A stretch of DNA of 43,949 nucleotides from Synergistes sp. (GTDB lineage: Bacteria > Synergistota > Synergistia > Synergistales > Synergistaceae): contig JAUNMU010000002.1 of NCBI GenBank assembly GCA_030531745.1, positions 1-43,949 on the forward strand, in the 5' to 3' direction. The position numbers were made by a program, and so were the translations under genes. Positions 35,636 through 43,949 of the stretch are shown here, piece after piece. The number at the start of each line of letters is the position of its first letter. Position 1 is the stretch's first letter. The notes beneath the pieces were generated by a model that saw nothing but the letters and a program-made list of their open reading frames with translations, was not told the origin of the DNA and did no database searches.

Positions 35636-35671
35636 GCGTTTATCACTTATAACGTATCAATCAGTGTGTCC
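35636..35671 (+). repeat. Composite intergenic repeat, copy R4 (D-module tail only)
   Basis: GCGTTTATCACTTATAACGTATCAATCAGTGTGTCC aligns with GTTTATCTGCCAAAAACGAATTAATCAGCGTGTCC of R3. Confidence 0.6.
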
Positions 35672-35911
35672 TCAATATTTCATTTTTGTCAGCAGAGGTG
35701 CGAACAATGTGTCGTTGGTGCGGCTGAGTTTCAATCCGCGTACGATGTCGCGCAGGTCTCCCCGTCTGATGTTCTTTGATATTTTCATCGTGATAAGCTG
35801 GCCTGTGCCGCACTTGCCGCAGGTCCAGACAAAGTTTTCAATCATTCCTGAGCTTGGTGTGCCCGCAAGGACTTTCAACTCTCCGCATTTTTGGCATGCA
35901 ACTACATACAT
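35672..35911 (-). CDS. Small zinc-ribbon protein (two CxxC knuckles), hypothetical
   Basis: CQKCG ... CGKCG. SD AAGGAAG lies 7 nt upstream. Starts 12 nt after the DUF3084 gene stop. Confidence 0.6.
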   Translation of the reverse strand: MYVVACQKCGELKVLAGTPSSGMIENFVWTCGKCGTGQLITMKISKNIRRGDLRDIVRGLKLSRTNDTLFAPLLTKMKY

Positions 35912-35923
35912 TCAAATACTTCC

Positions 35924-37126
35924 TTATCTCAATCTTATATTCACCGCAAGGGGACCTTCCGTATAAACATCTTTTGCGGCGAAAATTTCAATGGTAGTTT
36001 CTTTGCTGCTCTTTGATATGTGTTCAATGGCATCCATAAGTTCGTTTGAATCAAGCGAGCCTACATCACCGGTGATAGGATCCCTTAAAACGCCGTCCGA
36101 TGCCGCATTGCCATTCATTGATTTGAGAGCCATATAAATGACCTGTTCAACATCTTGCTGCTTTGTGTTTGGGGCAAATTTATGGCTGAAAAGAACGTCG
36201 CCGGATTTGTAGACAAGCTTTGACTCGCGTGCATCAAGCCGTACTTGAATTGAAGAGTCTCCGTCCACAAGGTTTCCGAGTGCAGAAAGGCGCAGAAGCC
36301 AACGACCGTTTGTATTGATGACTTTGTTCTTTGCCTCTGTAAGGGATGCGGACGAAATCTGCGGCAGCGGAAGCTCCGAAGGTTTTTTGCCGAATCTGTA
36401 AGCAAGCATATCCCTTGCCCATGTACGCATTCTTGCGATGTGGTCGTTCATTTGACGTTCTGTTACGGGTGAGTACTCTGCTATGGATTGTGCCAAAATT
36501 TCCTCGGAAAAGGCGGCAATTCTTCCTGTGCGGAGCTTTTGAATGCCTTGTTTGAGAGTTTCGGATTCTTTTCTGAGTTTATTCACGGATGCCTCAAGTT
36601 TTTTGCTCTCCGCGGTCAATTTTTGGTTTTCAGATGTGAGTTTTTCCTGTTCCGCCTCTGTCTTTGCACGTTCGGCTCTCATATTTGCCAAATCGGAACG
36701 CGCTCTTTGAAGATTATCCATTTCTTCTTTTAATTTTGTGCTGACGCTGTCAAGTTCTCTTTCTCTATCGGATAGATCTCCGCGGCTCTGAAGGAGATCA
36801 ACTTCCATTTTGTACATAGTGTCCTGATTGGTACGCAACTGATCGCGCATAGTGAGAAGCTGGCGCTGGACGAATTGCATTGAAAAAAGCGCCGTCCTCA
36901 CCTGTTCGGAAGCGAGGCTCAATCCTACCATTACGACTACTGCTATCCCAAGTCCCGTGAGGACAGATATGATTCGTGATGTGTACTTAGGACGCAGACC
37001 GAGAAGCGTTATGCGCTTCTTGCCAAGTTTCATCCCGACTACGTCGCCTATAAAGGAGACAAGAATACTCAACGCGATAAGAGCGCATATCAGCATCCAG
37101 TTGACTTCGTAAAGTAATTCGCTCAT
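35924..37126 (-). CDS. DUF3084 domain-containing membrane protein with long coiled coil
   Basis: N-terminal TM pair with the GDVVGMKLGKKRITLLGLRPKYTS motif typical of DUF3084. Coiled-coil segment of about 120 aa. ATG 37138 abuts the SD, so ATG 37126 is preferred. Confidence 0.7.
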   Translation of the reverse strand: MSELLYEVNWMLICALIALSILVSFIGDVVGMKLGKKRITLLGLRPKYTSRIISVLTGLGIAVVVMVGLSLASEQVRTALFSMQFVQRQLLTMRDQLRTNQDTMYKMEVDLLQSRGDLSDRERELDSVSTKLKEEMDNLQRARSDLANMRAERAKTEAEQEKLTSENQKLTAESKKLEASVNKLRKESETLKQGIQKLRTGRIAAFSEEILAQSIAEYSPVTERQMNDHIARMRTWARDMLAYRFGKKPSELPLPQISSASLTEAKNKVINTNGRWLLRLSALGNLVDGDSSIQVRLDARESKLVYKSGDVLFSHKFAPNTKQQDVEQVIYMALKSMNGNAASDGVLRDPITGDVGSLDSNELMDAIEHISKSSKETTIEIFAAKDVYTEGPLAVNIRLR

Positions 37127-37219
37127 CGTGCATATCATCTCCCTACAAGCACCAAAACACTATCGTGTATTATAACAGAAATTTTGTGTAAAATGAATTG
37201 CGGCGGTGAAGTTCATGCA

Positions 37220-37251
37220 AACAAAAAATCGGGAAGAAAACTCTTCCCGAT
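37220..37251 (-). terminator. Rho-independent terminator after the ABC permease gene
   Basis: On the minus strand ATCGGGAAG / CTTCCCGAT stem followed by TTTTTTG. Confidence 0.8.
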
Positions 37252-37256
37252 CACCG

Positions 37257-38495
37257 CTATTCATATTTGAGCGCGTCTATAGGATTCAAAAGAGACGCCT
37301 TGTAAGCGGGGTAATAGCCGAAGCCGATCCCGACCATTGCGGAGAATGCGAATGCAAGCATAATTGATGATATGTTAAATATCGGCGGCGAGGATGTAAA
37401 TGAAGAAAGTGAGGATGTAAACGAAGAAATCGTGTATCCTGCGACAACCCCGAGCAATATTCCGAATGCGCCGCCTATCATTGAGAGAACCACGGCCTCA
37501 ATAAGAAACTGCATTCTTATGTCTTTGGACGTTGCACCTACTGCCATTCTTATGCCTATTTCGCGTGTGCGCTCTGTTACCGATACAAGCATGATGTTCA
37601 TTATTCCTATGCCGCCGACTACGAGTGAAATGAGTGCTACCGAGCCGAGCAGCATTGACATTACCGCTGTGGTTTTGCGTCTGGCTTCAAGCATCTGTGT
37701 TACATTGCGCACTGCAAAGTCATCCGCATCGCCCTGCTTTATCTTGTGCCTTTCGCGCAGCAGAGTTTCTGTCTCGTGCTGAATATATTCAAGCGATTCC
37801 ATTGATATGCCTTTGATGTAAATGTTCCCTATACGTCCGGCTGTCGCCCAGCGAGATAGTCTCCTCTGAGCTGTGGTAAGAGGAACGAGGATAAAATCAT
37901 CATAGTCATTGCCCATTGCGGAGATGCCTCTGCGCTCAAAAATCCCCACGACTGTGAAGGGAATCTTGTTGATTCTTATGGATCTGCCTATAGGATTTTC
38001 TCCGGCAAAAAGTTTATCAACTATAGTATATCCAACTACTGCGACCTTTGCTCCCTGTCTTACATCGGTTGCTTCTATATCGCGCCCAATATCTACCGCT
38101 ATGTCCTGAACGTATGAATAACCTTCGGTGCTGCCAATGACGCTTGAGTTCCAGTTTGTGTTTTCGCAAACCACCGTTGCGGTAAGACTTATCATAGGCG
38201 CGATCGCTGCCACACCGGAGACATTATTTTCAATAGCACGTGCGTCATCATAAGTCAGATACTTTGTGATACCTGCTGTTGATCGTCCAGAACGATCGGG
38301 ATATACCGAGATAAAGTTGCTCCCAAACGAAGATATTTGATCGTCTATGCTCTTGCTTGCTCCGGCACCGATTGCGAAAGCAGCGATGACCGCCCCTACG
38401 CCTATGATTATCCCAAGCGTGGTAAGCATGGAGCGCGTTTTGTTCCTGCGCAGTGCGGTCACGGATGCCGTGAATACCTCAGACATTGCTATCAT
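37257..38495 (-). CDS. ABC transporter permease, MacB/FtsX type
   Basis: MacB_PCD-like periplasmic domain between TM1 and TM2. C-terminal FtsX domain (TREIGIRMAVGA). Confidence 0.9.
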   Translation of the reverse strand: MIAMSEVFTASVTALRRNKTRSMLTTLGIIIGVGAVIAAFAIGAGASKSIDDQISSFGSNFISVYPDRSGRSTAGITKYLTYDDARAIENNVSGVAAIAPMISLTATVVCENTNWNSSVIGSTEGYSYVQDIAVDIGRDIEATDVRQGAKVAVVGYTIVDKLFAGENPIGRSIRINKIPFTVVGIFERRGISAMGNDYDDFILVPLTTAQRRLSRWATAGRIGNIYIKGISMESLEYIQHETETLLRERHKIKQGDADDFAVRNVTQMLEARRKTTAVMSMLLGSVALISLVVGGIGIMNIMLVSVTERTREIGIRMAVGATSKDIRMQFLIEAVVLSMIGGAFGILLGVVAGYTISSFTSSLSSFTSSPPIFNISSIMLAFAFSAMVGIGFGYYPAYKASLLNPIDALKYE

Positions 38496-38497
38496 TG

Positions 38498-39196
38498 TTA
38501 TACACTCCTGCGGTTATTGTTTATTTCGTCTTTCGTGATCACTCCATCGCGAAAGTGAAGTATTCTTTTTGCATACAGTGCAACGTCAAGTTCGTGAGTA
38601 ACCAAAATTATCGTTATCCCTTCATCATTCAGGCGACAGAAGAGCGACATTATTTCATCGCTTGTCTTTGTGTCAAGGTTTCCTGTCGGTTCGTCTGCCA
38701 TAAGTATCGGGGCATGGTTCACTATGCCGCGTGCGATCGCAACACGCTGCTGCTGGCCTCCGGAAAGTTGTGTAGGTTCGTGGTACAGACGATCTTTCAG
38801 CCCCATAGCGATCAGGACCTCTTTTGCCTTAGCGTGCCTTTCGGCTTTCGGCACTCCCGCATACAGCAGAGGAAGTTCAACGTTTTCCATTGCGGTCGTC
38901 TTGGAAAGAAGGTTAAATCCCTGAAAAACAAATCCGATCATTTTATTTCGGATTTCCGCAAGCTGATCGGAAGCCATCTGCGAAACATCTTTGCCGTTCA
39001 GAAAATATTCTCCGCTCGTAGGATGATCAAGACAGCCCAAAATATTCATCGTAGTTGATTTACCGGATCCCGACGGTCCCATCATTGCGACAAACTCTCC
39101 GTCACCCACCGCAAGATCAACACCGTGAAGGATCTCTATGCTTTCATTTCCGAGATTGAAGCTTTTTCTTATGTTCTTAAGTTCAACAAGGTGCAT
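38498..39196 (-). CDS. ABC transporter ATP-binding protein, MacB/LolD type
   Basis: Walker A GPSGSGKST, signature LSGGQQQRVAIAR, Walker B ILMADEPT. Confidence 0.95.
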   Translation of the reverse strand: MHLVELKNIRKSFNLGNESIEILHGVDLAVGDGEFVAMMGPSGSGKSTTMNILGCLDHPTSGEYFLNGKDVSQMASDQLAEIRNKMIGFVFQGFNLLSKTTAMENVELPLLYAGVPKAERHAKAKEVLIAMGLKDRLYHEPTQLSGGQQQRVAIARGIVNHAPILMADEPTGNLDTKTSDEIMSLFCRLNDEGITIILVTHELDVALYAKRILHFRDGVITKDEINNNRRSV

Positions 39197-39197
39197 T

Positions 39198-40400
39198 TTA
39201 TCTACCGCCGTCTCTTGGTACGATAATTCCGGTTATTACCTGCTGACCTTCGTTAATTCCCGATATTATTTCCGTATTCTCTCCGTCCGTTATGCCCTTT
39301 TCAACTTCAACCCTTACAGGTTTTTTGTTTTTGCCAAGTGTATAAACCGCAGGCCCTAAAACTTCAGTAGCGGCGTCTTTCTTTTTCCCCTGATTGGCGG
39401 TCATTTGGTTGGGAAGTCCGTCTGACGGCTTAAAGCGGAATGCGCTGTTCGGAACGGTGAGAACATTGTCTTTGTGTTCCAGAAGAAGTGATACGTTTGC
39501 CGTCATGCCCGGAATCAATTTCTGATCCGGGTTGGCTACCTGCGCTACGACTACATACGTTACCACGTTATCCGATGCTTGAGGTGCAAGTCGTATCTGT
39601 GCGACTTTGCCCGCAAATTCCTCGTTAGGGTAGGCATCAACATTAAAAATAGCCCGCTGACCGTTATAGACACCCCCTATATCTGCTTCATCAACATTTA
39701 TTTCAACCTGCATGTGCGTTAAGTCTCTTGCTATTTTGGCGATTGAAGGCGTCTGATAGCTTGCGGCAACTGTCTGTCCCTCTTCAACATTTTTTGCGAT
39801 TACCGTGCCTTTTACCGGCGAATATATCCGTGTGTAGTTAAGGTTTATTTTTGTCTTCTGCAGTGTCGCCTGATATTGTTCAACCTTTGCCTGTGCCGCT
39901 GCAAGCTTCGCTTCCGCTATGTCGCGTGTGCTCTGATTTTTATCAAGTTCACTCTTTGCTACCAGGTCGTTTTTTATGAGCTGCTGTGTGCGCGAAAGAT
40001 CTTTTTCGGCAACGATAAGAGACGCCTTTGCGCTCAGCACATCGGCCTTTGCCGAGTCAACATTTGCCTGTGCAAGGTCAACTTCGGCTTCCTGTGTAGC
40101 GGAATCCATCAGCGCTATCAGCTGTCCCTGCTCCACTTCGCTGTTATAGTCAAAGAAAAGCTGCTTTATTCTGCCTGAGATCTGTGTACCTACATCAACA
40201 GTCTCAACGGGATTAAGTGTTCCCGTTGCCTGAATCGTTGAAACAAGGTCTCCGCGCACGACCGGACTTGTTCTGTAATTTATCTCCTGCTTACCGTCTC
40301 TTAAGTATGCGTAACCGCCGGCCGCTGCGACGCATACCACTAATACCCAAAATGCCGGTTTGAATAATTTGCTTCCCCTGCCAAGAAATTTAATTCCCAT
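39198..40400 (-). CDS. Efflux periplasmic adaptor subunit (MacA/HlyD family)
   Basis: TM anchor, coiled-coil hairpin, lipoyl and beta-barrel segments. ATG 40400 is preceded by GGAGG at 8 nt; the ORF-track start at 40427 would overlap the tolC-like gene. Confidence 0.87.
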   Translation of the reverse strand: MGIKFLGRGSKLFKPAFWVLVVCVAAAGGYAYLRDGKQEINYRTSPVVRGDLVSTIQATGTLNPVETVDVGTQISGRIKQLFFDYNSEVEQGQLIALMDSATQEAEVDLAQANVDSAKADVLSAKASLIVAEKDLSRTQQLIKNDLVAKSELDKNQSTRDIAEAKLAAAQAKVEQYQATLQKTKINLNYTRIYSPVKGTVIAKNVEEGQTVAASYQTPSIAKIARDLTHMQVEINVDEADIGGVYNGQRAIFNVDAYPNEEFAGKVAQIRLAPQASDNVVTYVVVAQVANPDQKLIPGMTANVSLLLEHKDNVLTVPNSAFRFKPSDGLPNQMTANQGKKKDAATEVLGPAVYTLGKNKKPVRVEVEKGITDGENTEIISGINEGQQVITGIIVPRDGGR

Positions 40401-41664
40401 AGTCCAATCCTCCCATAGCTTTTTCAAGGTTAAGCTGTGCTGTCTTGCATATATGAAGTGAAAGCACTTTGTTAGTTGATGCAGATGCGTAGCTTTCTAC
40501 AGCATCGGAGATCTCAAGGCTGCTTCCAACACCTGCTGCATAGCGCCCTTCCGCTAAATCCAAAGTTGCCTTTGCGGAACGTTCTGCCTCCAGTGACGAA
40601 AGGTATGCCTCCTTTGCCTCTCTGAGAGCTTGCCAATATTGGCGTATTTCAAGCGAAACACTGTTTTTCAAAGACTGCATCTCAAACTCTGCCACTTTCA
40701 GCTTCGCTTCGGCCTCCTGCGTCCTGCTCTTTGTCAAACCTCCGTCGGATATGGGCAGGGTAAGTGAAAGTCCTGCGTTCCAGTCCCCTCCGTTGTCAAA
40801 AAACGACACGCCTCCGGAGCCGTAGCCTGCTGTGGCAGAAAGGGAAGGCGAAAGTCCCTTTTTCTGGAGTGTAAGGTTTGTCTTGGCATATTCAACACGC
40901 TTTGCCTTTGCTGCGATCTCAGGTCTGTTTTGCATTGCTCTTTCAATGGCCTCGTCAACCGTGACTTCAAATTCTTTGAAATCAAGCATATCAACAACAC
41001 CGTCTATGTCGCGCAGCGGCTCGCCCATAAGGTTTGCAAGTTCTGCTTTACAATCTTCTTTGTCTGCTTGAGCCTTTACAATGGCAAGTTTTGATGCGGC
41101 TAAATCTGCCTCTGCCTTTGTGACTTCAATCTTTGCCTTTGTACCGGCATTGTAATACGATTTTGCCCAAGCAAGACGTTTTTTGTAGTTGTTAAGACGT
41201 GTTTTCGCTATTTCTTCATCTCTGACAGCTTTGTTGATTCCGTAATACGCGGTCCACACATCCTTAATGAGAGCCTGCCTTACTGAAAAAAGATCATAAG
41301 ATGCAGCTTCTGTTGAGAGGATCGCACCTTTAACCTTTGACTCGCGCCTGCCCCAATCGGAGATAGACTCCGTTAAGGCAACTCGTTCCGTAAAGCTGCC
41401 GTTATGGTTTTCGCTTGAAAGTCCGCTGCCGGCACGTGTATAACCCGCGCTTGCCGAGATCTGAGGACGGGCTGTTGAGGCTGCCTGCTGAATTGTTGCC
41501 TTCTGTGCCGTAATTGTTTCTGCTGCGCTCTTCACATCGGGATTGTTCATAATGGCTGCCGAAAGACATTCTTCTATCGTCAGCGTTGCCCCAAAGCATG
41601 AAGCAGCCGATGATAAAGTTATCACTGCGGCGGAGATAAAAACGCCTATAGCCGATCTGCTCAT
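40390..41664 (-). CDS. TolC family outer-membrane efflux protein
   Basis: Signal peptide. Two OEP repeats with a long coiled-coil pattern. 424 aa. Confidence 0.85.
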   Translation of the reverse strand: MSRSAIGVFISAAVITLSSAASCFGATLTIEECLSAAIMNNPDVKSAAETITAQKATIQQAASTARPQISASAGYTRAGSGLSSENHNGSFTERVALTESISDWGRRESKVKGAILSTEAASYDLFSVRQALIKDVWTAYYGINKAVRDEEIAKTRLNNYKKRLAWAKSYYNAGTKAKIEVTKAEADLAASKLAIVKAQADKEDCKAELANLMGEPLRDIDGVVDMLDFKEFEVTVDEAIERAMQNRPEIAAKAKRVEYAKTNLTLQKKGLSPSLSATAGYGSGGVSFFDNGGDWNAGLSLTLPISDGGLTKSRTQEAEAKLKVAEFEMQSLKNSVSLEIRQYWQALREAKEAYLSSLEAERSAKATLDLAEGRYAAGVGSSLEISDAVESYASASTNKVLSLHICKTAQLNLEKAMGGLDYGN

Positions 41665-43109
41665 GATAGATATGCTCCTTTTTCTTTTATCTTTAGCGGA
41701 ATTTCAACGGTGAAAGTGCTGCCTTTGCCCAATTCGCTTTCTGCCCTAATAGTTCCGTTATGTGCTTCAACTATCGCTTTTACTATCGCAAGACCTATGC
41801 CGATACCGCCGCTTGTCCTTGTGCGCGAAAGATCCGTCCTGTAAAAACGTTCAAAGACGTATGGGAGATCCTTAGGAGCAATGCCTATGCCCGTATCCTT
41901 AACCTTTATCGTAAAGCTGTTGCCTGTATTTGCGGCGGTGAATGTGACACTGCCCCCCTCATCTGTGTAACGCAGAGCATTTGATAAAAGGTTTTCCACG
42001 ACCTGACGAATCTTTGCTCCGTCAACCTCAGCAAATATCTTATCTTCAATACTGCGTTTAAGCAATACGCCTTTGGCTGCATACATGGGATCAAACGCCA
42101 TAGCTGCTCTCTCCGCGGTTTGCGATATATCTATATTTTCAAATGTTATGCAGTGCGCCGCGCTCTCTATGGACGTAAGCTTTTCCACTTCGCGTATGAG
42201 AGAAGAAAGCCTGTCAATTTCACCTACCGTAAGACGTATTCTTTCAGGTGTCGGCTGCCACACCCCATCTTCAATCGCCTCAAGATGAGATTTGATTATT
42301 GTTACTGGATTGCGCAGCTCATGCGCTATGTCACTTAACAGGCGTCTGCGCAGGTTTTCCTGTTCTTTAAGGGATTCTCCGAGCCTGTCAACGCTGTCAA
42401 CCAATACGGCAAGCTCTGTTATATCCGTATCGGTCTTTTCGCTCTTTTCATATTCGCCTCTGCTTATCTGACGAGCCATATTTGCCGTGTTCAAAACGGG
42501 GCGGCTTATGCGATGTGCCATAAAGACTGCGATCAACACGGCAACGGCAAGCATTGCCGCGACTGCGTAATACATTATTTTATTAAATTTTGTCAGAAAT
42601 CGTCCTTCGGGGCTGAACGAGAAAGGAAGAATGCTGAAATGTATTTCTCCGATTCTGATCCCTTCTACATACAGTTCACGTCTTTCAATCATAATATCCC
42701 TTGCAGGTACGGTATCTCCATGTGTATGAAGGCTGTGCGAACCTGTATTCGGCCTTCTGCCACTAAGCTCCAAACTGCTGCTGCGGCGGCTCGTACTCTC
42801 CATACGATTGTACATTCTGACGCTTCTTCCGTCGTTGTCAAAAAGCTCAACCTTAAACATCGGCCATCTGATAAAGTCGTTGTTTTCAGGGAAAAGTCTG
42901 CTCTCTCTCCAAGTGCCATACTCAAGATATACACGCACAAAGTACTCCGCGATCTCAATCTCGTTTTCCTGAAGCCTTTCACTCGCAAAACGTCTGAACT
43001 GCATATCAAGCAGTTTTGAGATCGCCGCCGGTATCACGATCATACAGACAATTACGATCACCATATACTGGAAAATGAGCTGTGTGCGGAGAGAGCGCTT
43101 GACCTTCAT
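41661..43109 (-). CDS. Sensor histidine kinase (TM - periplasmic loop - TM - HAMP - HisKA - HATPase_c)
   Basis: H-box SDIAHELRNP, N-box NLLSNALRYT, G-boxes DTGIGI and GGIGIGLAIV. Confidence 0.92.
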   Translation of the reverse strand: MKVKRSLRTQLIFQYMVIVIVCMIVIPAAISKLLDMQFRRFASERLQENEIEIAEYFVRVYLEYGTWRESRLFPENNDFIRWPMFKVELFDNDGRSVRMYNRMESTSRRSSSLELSGRRPNTGSHSLHTHGDTVPARDIMIERRELYVEGIRIGEIHFSILPFSFSPEGRFLTKFNKIMYYAVAAMLAVAVLIAVFMAHRISRPVLNTANMARQISRGEYEKSEKTDTDITELAVLVDSVDRLGESLKEQENLRRRLLSDIAHELRNPVTIIKSHLEAIEDGVWQPTPERIRLTVGEIDRLSSLIREVEKLTSIESAAHCITFENIDISQTAERAAMAFDPMYAAKGVLLKRSIEDKIFAEVDGAKIRQVVENLLSNALRYTDEGGSVTFTAANTGNSFTIKVKDTGIGIAPKDLPYVFERFYRTDLSRTRTSGGIGIGLAIVKAIVEAHNGTIRAESELGKGSTFTVEIPLKIKEKGAYLS

Positions 43110-43798
43110 TTTGTGCCGTCCGAAATTTTGTAGCCAAAACCGTGAACAGTTCTTATATAACCGTTTTCGTGCTGTGGGTCGCTCAGTTTCTTGCGTATAT
43201 TTTTGATATAGCTGTCTATTGATCGTTCAAAACCGTCATATTCATATCCAAGTGCGTATGTTATAAGATCGTCTCGGCTCCATGTCTTTTCGGGCCGTGA
43301 TGCCAATTTTGACAAAATCATAAATTCATTGCGGGTCAAAGAGATCTCTTCACCGTTTTTTAATACCGTGAGGTTATCTGTGTCAATGGCAAGCGAATCG
43401 CCCACGTTTATTACATTGTTTTTCAGTGAATTTTGTGTCGGTTTGTTCCTGCGCAGATTTGCCCTGATTCTTGCCATCATAACACGCGGCGAAAACGGCT
43501 TTACAATGTAATCATCGGCTCCGGCATCAAGCCCCGCTATAATGTCATCTTCGCCGCTCTTTGCCGTGACCATTAAGATAGGTGTTGCGGAATTTTTGCG
43601 TATTTCTCGGCACACGTCAACTCCGGACATCTCGGGAAGCATCAGATCAAGCAAAACAAGGTCATATTTGTCCTGATAAAATTTTGCAAGCCCCTCTGTA
43701 CCGGAAGCCGCAATATCCGCACTATGACCATCGCGTTCAATATACGCTCGTTCTACCTCTGCTATGGCTCTTTCGTCTTCAACAATAAGTATCTTCAT
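43106..43798 (-). CDS. OmpR-family response regulator
   Basis: Receiver domain (ILIVEDE, DLVLLDLMLP, K at ...IVKPF) and winged-helix output (RTVHGFGYK). Overlaps the kinase start (ATGA). Confidence 0.94.
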   Translation of the reverse strand: MKILIVEDERAIAEVERAYIERDGHSADIAASGTEGLAKFYQDKYDLVLLDLMLPEMSGVDVCREIRKNSATPILMVTAKSGEDDIIAGLDAGADDYIVKPFSPRVMMARIRANLRRNKPTQNSLKNNVINVGDSLAIDTDNLTVLKNGEEISLTRNEFMILSKLASRPEKTWSRDDLITYALGYEYDGFERSIDSYIKNIRKKLSDPQHENGYIRTVHGFGYKISDGTK

Positions 43799-43829
43799 AA
43801 CGATAACAACACCTCACCTTCAATTTATT

Positions 43830-43949
43830 GACACACTGATTAATTCGTTTTTTGCAAATAAACGCAAAAGCTGCTTCCGCTGATTATAAGCAGAGAACCG
43901 ATTTGCCGATTTTGCAAATCGTGTGACTCGCTTAGTTTGTTCACCGGAT
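43830..43949 (-). repeat. Composite intergenic repeat, copy R5 (minus orientation; B module 43886-43943, D module 43830-43885; cut by window end)
   Basis: The reverse complement aligns base-for-base with 121-235 except for the swapped hairpin stem and a few substitutions. The D module ends 31 nt upstream of the response-regulator ATG. Confidence 0.85.

Noticed and set aside
1-43949. The whole window as a composite transposon or invertible segment bounded by inverted repeat copies (118-235 versus 43830-43943)
   Set aside because: The interior is dominated by essential single-copy housekeeping genes. Further copies of the repeat occur inside. The simplest explanation is that assembly broke at a high-copy repeat.

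Overview
The 43.9 kb window looks like a complete assembly contig, because both ends stop inside copies of the same dispersed repeat. The source appears to be a diderm anaerobe of mid GC; hand counts of 80-nt core samples gave 38/80 and 45/80 G+C. Its gene content is Firmicute-like: RapZ-YvcK-WhiA, ScpA/ScpB, SpoIID, an LCP protein and Obg with an OCT domain. These sit next to outer-membrane functions (TolC plus a MacAB-type efflux pump). That mix suggests a Synergistota- or Negativicutes-like organism, but this cannot be settled from the sequence alone. I call 47 CDS and find no rRNA, tRNA, CRISPR array, transposase or integrase. Most of the window is core housekeeping. It includes rapZ-yvcK-whiA-GDE-gap-pgk then tpiA, and rsfS/LCP/nadD/obg/rpmA/rplU. 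It also includes a tightly coupled yebC-ruvCAB-DUF2905-spoIID-queA operon, nadE, pgi, nfnAB-like genes, nif3-trpS-scpAB-rluB, and a TCS-TolC-MacAB operon. Two things stand out. (1) A modular, hairpin-rich intergenic repeat family has five copies, at 1-235, 7531-7685, 33859-33955, 35636-35671 and 43830-43949. The copies show filled-site versus empty-site differences and compensatory stem changes. (2) An AT-rich accessory island lies at about 29.3-35.7 kb. It holds an XRE-controlled five-gene cassette that encodes only secreted or membrane proteins of unknown function: a signal-peptide YaaW/UPF0174-like protein, a LITAF-like zinc ribbon, DUF2085, a DUF2628-like protein and a secreted protein. 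Two orphan NTPases flank the cassette (DUF4143 type and AAA-ATPase/PD-(D/E)XK type). Smaller observations are tandem TGTGA/TCACA-type palindromes ahead of nfnAB and a C-x22-C-x6-C-x2-C Fe-S-type motif in TrpRS. Several long-ORF N-termini also need to be replaced by TTG or internal starts.
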